A DNA stretch of 64,000 nt, taken from Podarcis filfolensis. Taxonomy: Eukaryota. Below, one piece after another: positions 26,415 through 39,204 of this stretch (within the stretch, counting starts at the first letter, position 1; the number at the start of each line of letters is the position of its first letter). The notes under the pieces were generated by a model. That model searched no databases, was not told the DNA's origin, and worked only from the letters and a program-made list of their open reading frames with translations. Both the position numbers and the translations under genes were made by a program. The stretch lies in assembly GCA_964270895.1 (NCBI GenBank), contig OZ185440.1, one strand, 5' to 3'.

Positions 26415-27955
26415 CAGGTAAAAACTCGGAAAATCAGAATATCGTGGAAAACTTCATTTATTTCAGTAATTCAACTTAAAAGGTGAAACTAATATATGAG
26501 ATAGACTCATGACATGCAAAGTGAGTTATGTCAAGCCTTTATTTGTTATTGTGATGATTATGGGGTACAACTGATGAAAACCCCAAATTAACAATCTCAG
26601 AAAATTAGAATATTGTGAAAAGGTGCAGTAGCTATTCAATCTATAACACCTGCAATGGGTTCCTGAGCCTTTAAATGGTCTCTCAGTCTGGTTCAGTAGG
26701 AAGCACAATCATGGGGAAGGCTGCTGACTTGACAGTTGTGCAGAAAGTCATCACTGAGACCCTCCATAAGGAGGGAAAGCCTCAAAAGGTAATTGCAGAA
26801 AAAGTTGGATGTTCCCAAAGTGCTGTATCGAAGCACATTAATGGAAAGTTATGCAGAAGGGAAAAGTGTGGAAGAAAAAGGTGCACAAGCAGCAGGTATG
26901 ACCGCAGCCTGGAGAGGATTGTCAGGAAAAGACCATTCAAGTGTTGGGTACTTTCACAAGGAGTGGACTGAGGCTGGAGTTCGTGCATCAAGAGCCACCA
27001 CAGAGAGACAGATCCTGGAGATGGGCTTCAAATGTTGTATTCCTCTTGTCAAGAAACAACGTCAGAAGTGTCTTACCTGGGCTGAAGAAAAAAAGAACTG
27101 GTCTGTTGCTCAGTGGTCCCAAGTCCTCTTTTCTGATGAGAGCAACTTTCGCATCTCATTTGGAAACCAAGGACCCAGAGTCTGGAGGAAGAATGGGGAG
27201 GCAGATGCTTGAAGTCCAGTGTGAAGTTTCCACAGTCTGTGTTGATTTGGGGAGCCATGTCATCAGCTGGTGTTGTTCCACTGTGCTCCATTAAGTCCAG
27301 GATCAATGCAGCCGTCTACCAGGAGATTTTGGGGCACTTCATGCCTCCTTCCACAGACAAGCTTTATGGAGATGCTGACTTCATTTTCCAGCAGGACTTG
27401 GCACCTGCCCACACTGTCAAAAGTACTAAAACCTGGTTCAATGTCCATGGGATTACTGTGCTTGACTGGCCAGCAAACTCGCCTGACCTGAATCCCATAG
27501 AGAATCTATGGGACATTGCCAAGAGAAAGATGAGAGACATGAGACCAAGCAATGCAGAAAAGCTGAAGGCTGCTATTGAAGCATCCTGGTCTTCCATAAC
27601 ACCTCAGCAATGCCACAGGCTGATAGCATCCATGCCACGCCGCATTGAGGCAGTAATTGATGCAAAACCAAGTACTGAGTACATATGCATGCTTCTACTT
27701 CTCAGAGGTCCAATATTGCTCTATTTGCAATCCTTGTTTTGCTGATTTCATTTAATATTCTAATTTTCTGAGATTGTTAATTTGGGGTTTTCATCAGCTG
27801 TATGCCATAATATCACAATTATAACAAACAAAAGGCTTGACATATATTACTTTGCATGTCATGAGTCTATCTCATATATTAGTTTCACCTTTTAAGTTGA
27901 ATTACTGAAATAAATGAACTTTTCCACGATATTCTAATTTTCCGAGTTTCACCTG
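26415..27955 (+). mobile_element. full-length Tc1 DNA transposon (DD34E, IR/DR-type ~200-bp TIRs), inactivated
   Basis: Left TIR 26415-26613 and right TIR 27754-27955 are mutually inverted, each with an outer and inner AAAAT[CT]AGAATAT direct repeat; TA follows the right end and TG precedes the left end; a transposase frame lies inside. Confidence 0.97.
26711..27678 (+). pseudogene. Tc1 transposase pseudogene (two frameshifts plus small deletions)
   Basis: MGKAADLT...HTH...GRKRC (frame A); WSQVLFSDES (frame B, first D); FQQDLAPAH-...-WPANSPDLNPIENLW (frame C, 34 residues between D and E); frame breaks near 26940 and 27205; out-of-frame terminal AAG TAC TGA at 27670-27678. Confidence 0.95.
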
Positions 27956-28384
27956 TATGTTCCATCCATAGAGGAGGAATCAGGATTAAACAGAATTTTT
28001 AGAGAATGCCAAAAAAGGAAATCTACTGCCCTCAAGTGGTAACAAATAGCTACTTTGAGACACTGAACATTAAGCTTTTTCCACTATACGAAGGGCTTTA
28101 AAAGATTGCTTAATGAGACTGATACTGTGTGTGCCATGATTCTGCAACACAGCACAGAAAAAGCAAATGGCAGGCTTTAATATCCAACATGAGCCATACT
28201 CAAAGTAGACCCACTGAAATCAATGGTCTAAAGTAACTGAAATCTACTGATTTCAAAGAAACTACTCCAACTATACCTTACTTACTGCGACTTACTTAAA
28301 GCAGAGATCAGCTTTGTAAAAAAAAAACCAAACAGCTTTCATTTAAGGCCTTGAAGATAGACCAATTGCTTGTTCTGGAAAGGT

Positions 28385-29270
28385 TGCGTTCCCTCTGAAG
28401 GAGCAGGTATGTAGCTTGGGGGCATTCCTCAATACATGTTTGTCATTAGATGCCCAAGTGACCTCTGTGGCGAGGAGTGCCTTTTACCAGCTTTGTCTTG
28501 TACTCCAGGAACAGCTGCGTGTGCATCATCAGGATAGTCTGGCCACTGCAGTCCATGCATTAGCAACCTTGAGACTGCCTTACTGCAATATGCTCTATTA
28601 GCAAACTTTTTCAGCAGGGGGGCAGTCCACTGTCCCTCAGACCTTGTTGGCGGGCCAGACTATATTTTGATGGGGGGACAAAAGGAACAAATTCCTATGC
28701 CCCACAAATAACCCAGAGATGCATTTTAAATAAAAGGGCACATTCTACTTATGTAAAAACATGCTGATTCCCGAACTGTCCGCGGGCCGGATTTAGAAGG
28801 CAATTGGGCCAGATCCGGCCCCGGGGCCTTAGTTTGCCTACCCATGCTCTATGTGGACCTGCCCTTTGGCTTGGTCCAAAAGCTTCAGCTAGTGCAGCAT
28901 GCTAACAGAGGAAGACAGCAGAGGTGTCACATGCTGTTGGCTAAAACATCTGCACTGGATGCCCATAGGCTACCAGTCCAAGCTCAATATTTTTGTATTA
29001 ATATACAAAGACCTGAACAATCTGGGTCCAGGATATCTCATTGGCAGCATGAGCCCTATATTCCATGCTCCTTCACCAAGATAATATGGAGGAGTGCTGT
29101 TAGTTGTCACTAGTTTCAGAAATCTGACTAGCTGCAGCTAGAAGTCAGGCATTTAGGGTTGTTGGTACACATGCTGAGAAGTACTTTCAGCCAAGATTTG
29201 GCAGGCATCCTTGCTGCTAATGTTCAGGCATCTTCTGAAGATCTTCCTATGCCAACAGGACTGTATGGTT
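28385..29270 (+). mobile_element. L2 LINE RT C-terminal fragment split by a MITE
   Basis: Translates to LSLDAQVTSVARSAFYQL...LATAVHALATLRLPYCNMLY | VDLP..VQKLQLVQHA...LHWMPIGYQSKLNIFVLIYKDLNNLGPGYL, the L2-clade RT end. Confidence 0.85.
28599..28846. mobile_element. hAT MITE, same family as 15148-15466, left end clipped
   Basis: Near-identical body and right TIR GTTTGCCTACCCATG; right TSD CTCTATGT (28847-28854); only CTCTAT remains on the left, and the first TIR bases are missing. Confidence 0.9.
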
Positions 29271-31692
29271 GTTTAATTTTTTCTTAAGAAGAGACAGTCA
29301 TTTTAATGATCATTCTGTATTGCTTTTCTGGCATCTTACGGCTGATTATACTTATATTTTATATGAGTAGGTAGTGTGCCGCAAAACTAGTGAATGACTA
29401 AACTTCTGCTTAATTCAATAACGAAATGTAAGCAAATGTTCAAAAAGAAAGAGAGACTAGCTGCCAAAAACTTTCAAAAGTGTAAAGTGGGAGCAATGTA
29501 GCTTGCAGTAAGGCAATTATTTCTTAAAAAAATAGAGAGCTGCAATTATTTGAAAGAATTAATTGGCTAGAGACAAGAACACTACAATAATTAGTCCAAC
29601 ACTGCTATTTTAGACTTCTTAACCTCCAAGTTATTTAGCAAATAAAGCCTGTTATTAAAGTAATTCAGTTTTGTTATTTGCAGGAGAACAATGTAGCTCC
29701 CCTTTCAACAAAGCTGTGTGTAAGTCATGATGCTTCAGCCTGCAAGAGCTGAAATACAATTAGAAGAAAACTAGCACAGGCAAAGCTTAGTCAGCCATGT
29801 GGGAATACAGTCACTTCTGATAAATAGCACCCTAACAAACCAAGGCTGCCTTTCAAGAAATGAACCACACATCCAAGATAATGGTTATGATCCAAATGAT
29901 TTCTTTCACAAGCAAAATACAGTTCTGCTGCTGCAGGCGGTGGGGTGGCGTCCTCAATCTCTATCCTCCAGCATCAGCTCCCACATCACATCCCCCACCA
30001 TCCTAGAGGGTCCCTTACATGTAGGGGAGTGGAATTGACTACAGTGGAACAGATGCAAGGGAAAGCCTTGTTGCATGAAAGAAACTTCACTCATGCTCTC
30101 CTTGATCCCATGTCGTTTGGTTAGGACTTACTAGCTGCTCTTGAGCTGTTATCACTCCCCTGATTTTATCAAGGTAATTTGTACTTGATCACATACATGT
30201 TGCAAGTGTTGCACATACAGTTCTAGATACAACTTTTTGCTGCAGTGAGGTTGCATGGAAGAGTGAGTCCTGGGCCAGTGAGGACTCATGGCAGAGACGA
30301 TGCATTTGTATTTTCTTCAGTTAGGAATTCTGGCAGCATCTTGATCAGCCTCACATTACTGAGTATCTTCCATGTGCATGGGGTGGGGCCAGCAAGCTCA
30401 GCCCTGCTCTAACCTCATTCACCGGCACTCATGCAAGGAGAGAATAATTCAACAATCTAATTCAGCTAAAATGCCAGGCAGCCTTTCAAATTAGAGCACC
30501 AAAATTATCCACATGCTGCGGAGCAAAGACAGAAGACAACCAACAGCTTGCAATCAGACAACATTTTAATACAGGCCTTTCCAACTTATAAGCCACCAGT
30601 CCAAACCTAAGACTATCTTGTAGTCGCAAGAACACCTTGTCATTGCTTTTTGTCTGGACTGCAAAAGCAGGAGGACGAAGGTATCAAATATATAATACAT
30701 GGCTAATGCCCTGCATTCAACTTTGTAGTTGTGCAGATTTGTGGCAATGGTTACAGCTCACTACTCCAACACTTATGCCAACAATTCCATGCAGCATAAT
30801 GGTGTATACTTAAAAGAAATTTATACTACGTTTACTAAGTTGCACACTTTTGATAGTTTCAGAGTTATAAATGCATAACTTAAGCTTATGCAATGTGTAT
30901 TTGAGAAACACTTTCTAACTATTTATATAATGAAGATTGTGAATATGGTGTCTCAGAATCCCCTTTCAGGTCCTAGAGATAAGCAACATACCTGCTAGAA
31001 GAAAATCAAGGCTCACAAATAACTAAATGGTAGTGGGGGGTAAGAAAGTGTCAAACATATGACCGGCACAAACATTACTTCAAACCTCCTGCATTATCAG
31101 CAGGAACCCTGGAAACTTAACAGTCTTAAAACTCTTTTTCCTGGAACTCAAGTTCAGATTATCTTTCAACAGAGCTTGCAACCATAAAAATGGAAGCGAA
31201 CCACAACCTACCAGGAGCAGCTGAGTGAGTCTATTTGCTCATGCACCTAATTTCTGTTCCCATAGAAACAGACAGACGGGAAACAGATAAGAATTGCATC
31301 TAGTGCTTTCCTGCTACCAACTATTTTTGCAGTACAACCATTGGAGAAAAGCCAGTGACAACAGCAGCAGGAAGAACGTGATTTTATGCTTCAGCAGGAA
31401 GCAGGCATGGACTAAAATCTGTCTACTGAATGGCTTCAACAGTCACTTACAGGTTTCTGTGGGTTCAGGGTTGCAGCATTTGTCAGGAAATTTGAGCTAA
31501 ATCAGTAAGGATATTCCAAGGCTGAGAGAGAGCAGATGTCATGATTTGATACATACTGGTAGGTGTCCAGCCAAAGCAGAATCAGCCAAGGTACAGTGCT
31601 GCATATGTCTGCCCACCCATGCTATTCAACTTCTCCCTTGAAAAACAAACATCACACAACTTGCCTAATGCTAAGTACTCAGCTACCAAGTA

Positions 31693-31888
31693 CTAAGGGA
31701 CCAAAGCTCATTGGCAGCCGATGTGTCTTGCATGTAAGTAGAACCCAAACCCAGTCCTTGGCATTTTGACTTACAAGGATTTCGGATGGCAGTCTTGGGA
31801 AGTACCTCTGCCTCAAGTAGCTGCTACCAGATGGGATAGAGGGCTAGATGAATCAATACTGTGACATCATATAAGGCAACTTCACAGG
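31693..31888 (+). mobile_element. degenerate tRNA-derived SINE
   Basis: tRNA-like head (AAGCTCATTGG...CCCAGTCCTTGGCAT) and tail GCTAGATGAATCAA...TATAAGGCAACTTC; same family as 44841-44986. Confidence 0.6.
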
Positions 31889-32209
31889 TTCAGTGCAATT
31901 ATTTAAAAACAAGACTTTACCCATTTCTTCGGGGAATATATATTTTGTTAAGGTTTATTTCCTTTATTATACCTGTTATAATATTCAAATGCAATACTTC
32001 TTAGGAAACATACTGAAGCTCCAGACACATCAATGCACTCTTGATGCATTTAAGACACTAATTAAATTCCTTCCACTTAAACATTTGGGCTTCTGCTACT
32101 ATTGCTGTCGCTACTACTATTTATATTGCCTTCCGTTTACAAAGTGCTTCACAATCTTTACCCTCCCCGTATTTGATAAAAGTATGAACTCATTGTGTCT
32201 TCAACAGGT

Positions 32210-32448
32210 GGGCAATACCTTTTCTTGGGACCAACCAAAATGTCACAAAAGTGTGGCAAGCTTTAGAGTTCTCCAGAACTCTTCGTGAAGCACGATGTTA
32301 CACAAAGAAGCAGGGGGGGGACACAAGATAAAAGGGGACAGAAATTAGGCTAATGTAGTAGCTTTGAGGTCAACTTGTAGGCTCAATTTCAAGGTACAGA
32401 TGATAATTTTTGTGACATTTTAGTTGGTCCAAATAAAAGCTATTGCCC
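32210..32448. mobile_element. Penelope-like fragment in inverted arrangement
   Basis: ~40-bp inverted repeats at 32210-32250 and 32408-32448; a degenerate hammerhead-like core on the minus strand at 32253-32289. Confidence 0.55.
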
Positions 32449-33317
32449 AACTATGGTTATTTGGGGGGAGTGTGTCTTGTTTTATAATAGTTCTTTGTGA
32501 TCACGTTTTCGAATTCAAGCCTTTGCAATGGGCAGCTTTTCAAATGTTAAATGTTTGCCTGTTTGACTAAAGAATTTATTTACATGAGCTTGTTGGCTAA
32601 AGATCTGCTGAAAAGTCCTATCTAGAAACTGTGCAGTTCTAGTCACTAACTTATCTCATTAATTTGCTTGTTTGTTTATGAGATTTTATGCCTTCATCAA
32701 AACTGGTAATAGCAATATTGATCAGGCAGTCCAGGAACATGTCATACTGTGTAAGATCAGCCCAGATATTCCACTTGTCTGAAATAAGGGATAAGAGACA
32801 GAAAAAGCAGGAAGGAATTTAACACCTACGACTGAACATCAGAAAATACAAATACAGGAAGAAGAAGAGTTGAAAGGGAGTCTAGGTAAAACAGGTGATA
32901 TTGAGGGGGGGGAGCTTGAATTGACTACCTGTTTCCCCTGATCAGACACAGAAGTTTCCATCTGCAAGCAAACACTTCATAATTTTGTGTGTGAAGGGTA
33001 AACATGCCATGATCCTGTATTCCAAGTCCATGACAACAGAATACAGCACATAGAATATCTTCTTTTACTCTGTTTATTTTCTGTGCTTAAAAAAAAGCAA
33101 AAGCCAAGATCTTCCCCACTCTGTATCATCATCTACAGTTACTAGGCAACTGTGCAACTGCAAAAAAGTGCTGTTCAAATGAAAGAGAGTTGGTCAATGG
33201 TATCATGCCCTCCAAAAATGACAGCAAAAAACAGATAGCAGAAATGGAGTGGATTTATGCTTCTGACATAACAAGACACTAAGTGCAAGTTGTAGGCAAT
33301 ACATATATGTACAGAAA

Positions 33318-33385
33318 TAACAAGGAGTCTTTTGGCATTTTAAAGATTAACAAGCTTGTGGTATAAGATTTCATAGACTAGAGGA
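33318..33385 (-). mobile_element. short Penelope-like terminal fragment
   Basis: GGAGTCTTTTGGCATTTTAAAGATTAAC...GTGGTATAAGATTTC resembles the recalled squamate Penelope-like terminus (GGCACCTTAAAGACTAAC...ATAAGCTTTC). Confidence 0.45.
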
Positions 33386-33421
33386 ATTAGAAATATGCCT
33401 GAAATGTTAACTTAGGTTAGC

Positions 33422-33424
<3 letters not shown>

Positions 33425-33478
<54 letters not shown>

Positions 33479-33481
33479 TAT
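33425..33481. repeat. (TA)n(CA)n microsatellite
   Basis: Directly visible. Confidence 0.95.
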
Positions 33482-33970
33482 ACAAATTTGTGGTTACAGG
33501 CAAAGGAGAAAAACATTAGAAACGATCCAGGTCGTTTGGAGCATTGAGGTCCAATTTATTTCAGAAGCATGTGCTTTATTATCTCCCACTGAATGAACTA
33601 AAATGCAGTGAACTGCCCTAAGATCTATGGATGAAGGGAGGTATACACATTTATTAAATAAGTAAATAAAAATAAAATTTCAATATACTTAAGTTTGGCT
33701 AGGTTGTGCTGATTCATGAAATATATGGGAACCCTATATGACCTAGAAATAGGCTATTTCATTTACAAACAAAGTTATCCCTTCAAAGTTTGAACTACAA
33801 GCTGAGCACTACTGGAGCCAAATGGTCCAACTATAATTGCACACCCTATGCTTAAAGAGCATTATTAGAGACACTATTTTTAACACTGATCAGGCATCAC
33901 ACCAACTGTACTACTACATTTTACTTCCCAGCTGACCTCATTGTAGTTATGACATTTGTCAGGATACTTT

Positions 33971-34062
33971 GGCTGCAATCCAAAGCCTTACATGCCTAGA
34001 ATTAAGTTCCATTGAACTAAGTGGGACTATTTTCCAAGTAAGCATGCATCAGATGTGGGATG
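33971..34062. repeat. old ~90-bp quasi-palindromic interspersed repeat (relatives at ~19028-19113, ~38765-38845, ~40248-40330)
   Basis: Shared layout GCTGCAATCC...AAGT.CCA.TGAACT.AAT/GGGAC..TT.CAAGTAA..ATGCATAG in several degenerate copies. Confidence 0.55.
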
Positions 34063-36045
34063 TTACTCCACTGTACTTCAAATGCATTTGTTCTCCAGTG
34101 TACTTCAACTCCTATTTTTCTATAGATGTACTTACCATTTTTTAACTTCCATAAAGCAAATAGGCAGACTGCTGTCTCAAAGACTCATTTCACAATAACC
34201 ATGGTGGTTTCCAAGAGTCAGTGAGGTGTAGTAGATGGTTATATACAGGAAGTTAAATATTTGCAACCATTACAATAATATACTTTACTGTTATCTTAAC
34301 AACGAAATAAGTATGCCACAATAATAAAGCCAAGTGACAGACAAATATCAAGACACTACCACAACCCTTTCCTAAACACACAGCACATTTTATTGCAAAT
34401 ATAATAAAAGCTCCTGAACTACATCAGATACAAAGGTCAATTTAGGAGGGTTTGGGAGTGAATAATGTATTCACTTTAGGTACTCTGAAACACCCCAGTA
34501 ACTGTTTTGGTGCTGCCAGGAAACGTGGTAATAGAAAACGACAAAGCAGGCCACAATTAGGTAACTGCCAGGCTATGGGTCAAATACAGCCCATGGTACC
34601 TCCCTATCAGGCCTGCAGCCTCCCCTCAATTCCCAGCACCACAAACCTCCCTTTGAAACCAGCAAATATTTTTTCCAAGCCTAAATGTGGTACACAGGGC
34701 CATATGGGGGAATCATAAGTGGGAAGTGAAGGGTTAACATTTATAGCTGAAAAAGCCCCCCATGCCACCTTCAGACTTGGATAAAAATCCCTCCCATTGA
34801 CTCCAAGCCTGATTCTAGCAAGTAGGTTTGGATGTGTCCATGTGTACATCTGTTTACCACCATCACCAGAATATGTGGTTGTGTCTAACCACCACCCGTT
34901 TGCATGCAGCAGCTGACAGCATTCCACCACAGCCCAAAAAAGTTTCTCCACCTCTGCAGCAGGATGTGCAAAACCCATCAACCCAGATTTATCTTAAGTT
35001 GCCTTGCTCTTTCCTGTCACACTGAACACTGCCTTTCACACTGAACACACCATGGTAGCTTGCTCATATAGTAACCAAGCTGCAAAAAACTAAAATGAAT
35101 ATCCAATAACATGCATATAGCAGGAAGACTTATGTGGAAGAGAAGCAGGGAACTTGTAGTTTCACCCTGTCAAAACAAGATGTTTAAAATGTCAGGAAGG
35201 AGCCAATAAGAGATAGAAAGGAGAAGTGTGCCCAAACTAAGGAGAATCCCAGATTATCCTTCATAATTTGCACACCATTAATTGCATCATGGATTGAACC
35301 AAATAATAATGAAAGCAACAACATTTGGATTGCTTTTTTTGTTTAATAAAGCACTGGAGAAACAAATCATCTTCAGCTATTTAAACAAGGACTAAACTAG
35401 AATTGGTTCCACCTGAGTAACCAAAGCCCAAATACACCAGTAAGCAAGGCATTGAAGTTGTATCTCAGTCTGTGCAAATACCAGCACAATGACTGCATTT
35501 TGTATGTGTGTTGGATTCTTCATTCAGTTGTGTCCTGGTATGTACTGGACACAATGAAAACATACAGATCCGTTGCAGAACCAGGACAAAACCATCCCCC
35601 AAAATGAATGCCTTTACCAGTAAGTCACATCTAATGGAGGATAAAGAAAATAAATGGAAACAACATGCTTCTGCTTGTATAAAAGATAAAGAAATAAAGA
35701 GCTATCACCACCACCGTAAGAACAATACTGTAGTAATAAATCTTCACACAAGTCTCAGTGGCTCACCCAACAGTAGTAACATAAATAACTATCACATCTA
35801 TAGACAAAATACCTATGTAAATGCAACAGGAATCTACAGTTCATTTTATAATTTTCCAATTAATTGATCTAGGGAATAACAACATTAAGAGGAAGATACA
35901 TTTGATCTCTACAGCACAGGAAAGGATCAAACAATTGTTTGGACATGTTCTAGGCTGTTCCACAGCAGGCAGACCTGAAATCTATGAAAGATTACTTAGC
36001 CATACATCTATGGAGGCTCTTAAATGGCCTGAGCAACATACTTAC

Positions 36046-36166
36046 TTGAATCCTCCCATCGGAGAAGATGCAGTTTCCAAGCTGAATAATACAGAAAGCC
36101 CAGCACCAGAAAGAGACAGAGGGCTAGTAGCAGGTTACGCATGTACACCAGCAGTCCCATCTTCAT
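36046..36166 (-). CDS. ST3GAL3: ST3GAL3 first coding exon (cytoplasmic tail and signal anchor); exon spans 36046-36190
   Basis: cccccag|GTATTATAAAAG...ATG AAG ATG GGA CTG; encodes MKMGLLVYMRNLLLALCLFLVLGFLYYSAWKLHLLRWEDS, nearly identical to human MGLLVFVRNLLLALCLFLVLGFLYYSAWKLHLLQWEEDS; donor A|gtaagt. The alternative start ATG is at 36160. Confidence 0.97.
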
Positions 36167-36689
36167 ATAGGGTTGTCTCTTTTATAATACCTGGGGGAAA
36201 GAAACCAGTTTGAGCCTTGCATTTTCTAGTTTGTTTACTGAACCCTCTGCAACCTAATACACACAGACATAAAATATCAAGCAGCACATCTGTTCCCTTC
36301 CTAACATGCATATTATGTAGACACTCTTATCAGCAATAGCAACATCACAATTTTATGTCTCTTGCATGGAATTAAGTTCCATTTAAATGATCATGATACA
36401 TTTCTGAGTAACAGTCTGTGAAAAAACAACTAACAACAGGAAAAAATTCTGAGTAACTGTATGCGAGAAATAAATAAATAAATCAGGGGTTGCTCCTCCA
36501 AGCATTGGTCTATAAATGCTATTCTTAGATGCTATCAGAGTCCATAGGAAGCCAACTCATTCCTAGATCACTATGTTTAGAAAATCCACTGCTCTATAAC
36601 ACATGACCTCAATTATAAAAACTCAGAACAAGCTATACTAAAAGTCAAAAAATATTCCACAACACGAGATAATTGGCATAAGATAATTA

Positions 36690-36951
36690 CCGTATTTTTT
36701 TGCTCTATAAGACTCACTTTTCCCCTCCTAAAAAGTAAGGGGAAATGTGTGTGCGTCTTATGAAGCGAATGCAGGCTGCGCAGCTATCCCAGAAGCCAGA
36801 ACAGCAAGAGGGATTGCTGCTTTCACTGCGCAGCGATCCCTCTTGCTGTTCTGGTTTCTGAGATTCAGAATATTTTTTTTTTCTTGTTTTCCTCCTCCAA
36901 AAACTAGGTGCGTCTTGTGGTCTGGTGCATCTTATAGAGCGAAAAATATGG
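36690..36951. mobile_element. Tc2/pogo-like MITE with internal hairpin
   Basis: TIRs CCGTATTTTTTTGCTCTATAAGA / TCTTATAGAGCGAAAAATATGG flanked by TA; internal inverted repeat CAGAAGCCAGAACAGCAAGAGGGATTGCTGC / GCAGCGATCCCTCTTGCTGTTCTGGTTTCTG. Confidence 0.88.
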
Positions 36952-39204
36952 TAATTTAAATAGAATACAATAAAAAATATTGAGTACATGAAATTTTCCC
37001 AAGAACTTGCTGGTTTTAATTCGCACAAATCTTAAAAGTACCATTCACATTCATTTAAACTTTCTAATAGCCATTTACCCTCAGTAATATAGCCCATGAC
37101 TCTTTCAACACCATAATGCAATGCAATACAGGGTTATAGCAACATTTTCCCCAAAATTAATAATATTTAATTCTGAGACAAAGCTTCTACACAGCCGAGC
37201 ACCATTGGTATTTTAAGATTAAATGAGATGTATGTCCTTGGCTACAGCAGTCAATGGAGATGTGGTAGAGCAGGTGCTAACAAGAGCTGCATTTTCTACA
37301 ACTGTCTAAAAAACTATGGGCATAATAGCAACTTGGCATATGCCTTAATTAGACTCTATCCCATATTAGAGCCAAAAATTATGGAAATAATTGCTCATCT
37401 CTCAATAGCAATAAGAATGGTGATAATTCTAAATGGAAAAATACTAATCCGCTGTCCATAATCTGTACACATGAATGAGGAAAGCAAGGAATGAGAAGAG
37501 AGGACTCAAGGCCCGTGGCTTGTTCCCAGTCTTCCAAACCATGATTTTGACTAACATCTTAATTCAACCAATGTAGCACCATATATTTCTTAAAGCCACT
37601 AGGTACTTGGTATCTTCATCATGTCAGATTTAGTTTCCATGTGGAAAAGAGATAAAATTAACTATCTCTCATAGAAGGTTTATTAACTTTGCACGTGCAA
37701 AGATTTTCTCAACAAGTGATGGACTCACGTTTAGTATATATTTATCAGATCACTTACAAAGCAAGAATGAGCAAACAATTTGGAAATTAAATGACAGAGC
37801 TCCTCTTGACTTTCAGCAACTAAAGAAAATAAGTACTAGCATACCAAGAACTGGCCATATACAGAAACTCTGAAAAAAAGAAACGCAAGCTGGCTTGAAG
37901 GCTAGTACAAACTTCAGTATTCTGCCAGCATTTGACGTCTGGCCACTATTTCCAATTATCTGATCCCCTGTACATTTTCCAAATCCCATTTCAGGACACC
38001 TGCTTCAAACAGACTGCAAGAGACAAACACAAAGAACTTCCACCCACATTCCTCACATATAACATTACAAGACATGAATGATGAATGCTGAAGGCCCCCT
38101 CAAGTAGTCCAGAGACCCCTGCCTATTTCAAAGCAGACCCCCTATGCTCCAGTATCCTATATGAATAATTGACCAGGAAAGCTCATGCCTTGAACACCTC
38201 TATGTACTGTATGCATCCCGCTGTTGCACTGCTTGTTCACTTCCTTCCCACCAGTTTGTTGTGAAGAGAAAGATATTTCAGAAATCCCATCTGACAGCCA
38301 GCTGGAGCTCTAGAATCACATTTAGAAAAGTCAGGAAGAAATCTAACAGCCTCCTCTGTAACTGTAGCATTCAGGAGGAGGGGTGGAGCTTAAACTTCAA
38401 CAGTGGCATTGCTCAAAGAGAGTCCTACATCTTCTAATTATAAGGCAAATTCAGCATTTAATAACAAAGGGCAGAGTTGCTTAAGGCAAGAACATTCAAT
38501 TCTGATTGCTAGAGCTCTTCCAATAAAAATCTCCCCGGAGCAGTAACCAAAGTATTGTATGCTACCAAAACTGGCACAAACAAATGTGTTATTCTTCACA
38601 TTATTGCACCACAAAATTTACTAGTGGGTTTAAACAAAAATTAGATATATGATTCAAAAATTATTCTCTTTGTTTCCTTGACCATTCAGCTGAAAAAGAA
38701 AATGCCACTACATAAAATAAAACACAAAACAGACCCATCTGAAATGGAGTGAAATCCTTTACTTGAAATCCTATACTCAGAACTAACCCTCAGTACGTTC
38801 AATGAGACTGATTCCAAGATAAATGTGCATAGGACTTCAGCCTAAAGCTGATTGAAACATTACACCAAACCATGGTTTGGCATTACATCCAGACCTGGGC
38901 TTTCCATAGGCATCTGGCTGGTCATTATGAAAACAGAATGCAGTAGTGGCCCATGCAACAGCATAGGTGTGGATCTGCTACTCTCCTAGCTTCTGAACAG
39001 AGCACATCACCTGCACTTAATGGGAGGAGGGGCAAAGTGCAGGAAGCTTGGCACTGTGCTATGCAGGAAAGTCAAAGTCTCGGCCTCTTCCAAGATACAG
39101 CAGAAAAAGGCCTGCTTCACAGAAACAAGTTCCAGCTGACTAGAGCACATTTCTTGCATAACTATTTCGTCTGGATTAGGAAAAGTTACTCACATCTCTT
39201 TAAA

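Noticed and set aside
26571-26600. CTGATGA...GAAA inside the Tc1 TIRs resembling a hammerhead core
   Set aside because: No stem II between the boxes; it is ordinary TIR sequence.
36001-36045. In-frame extension of the signal-anchor exon like the recalled human SKYSHSS... isoform
   Set aside because: The read-through gives SKYVAQAI followed by TAA, so no such extended isoform is possible here.
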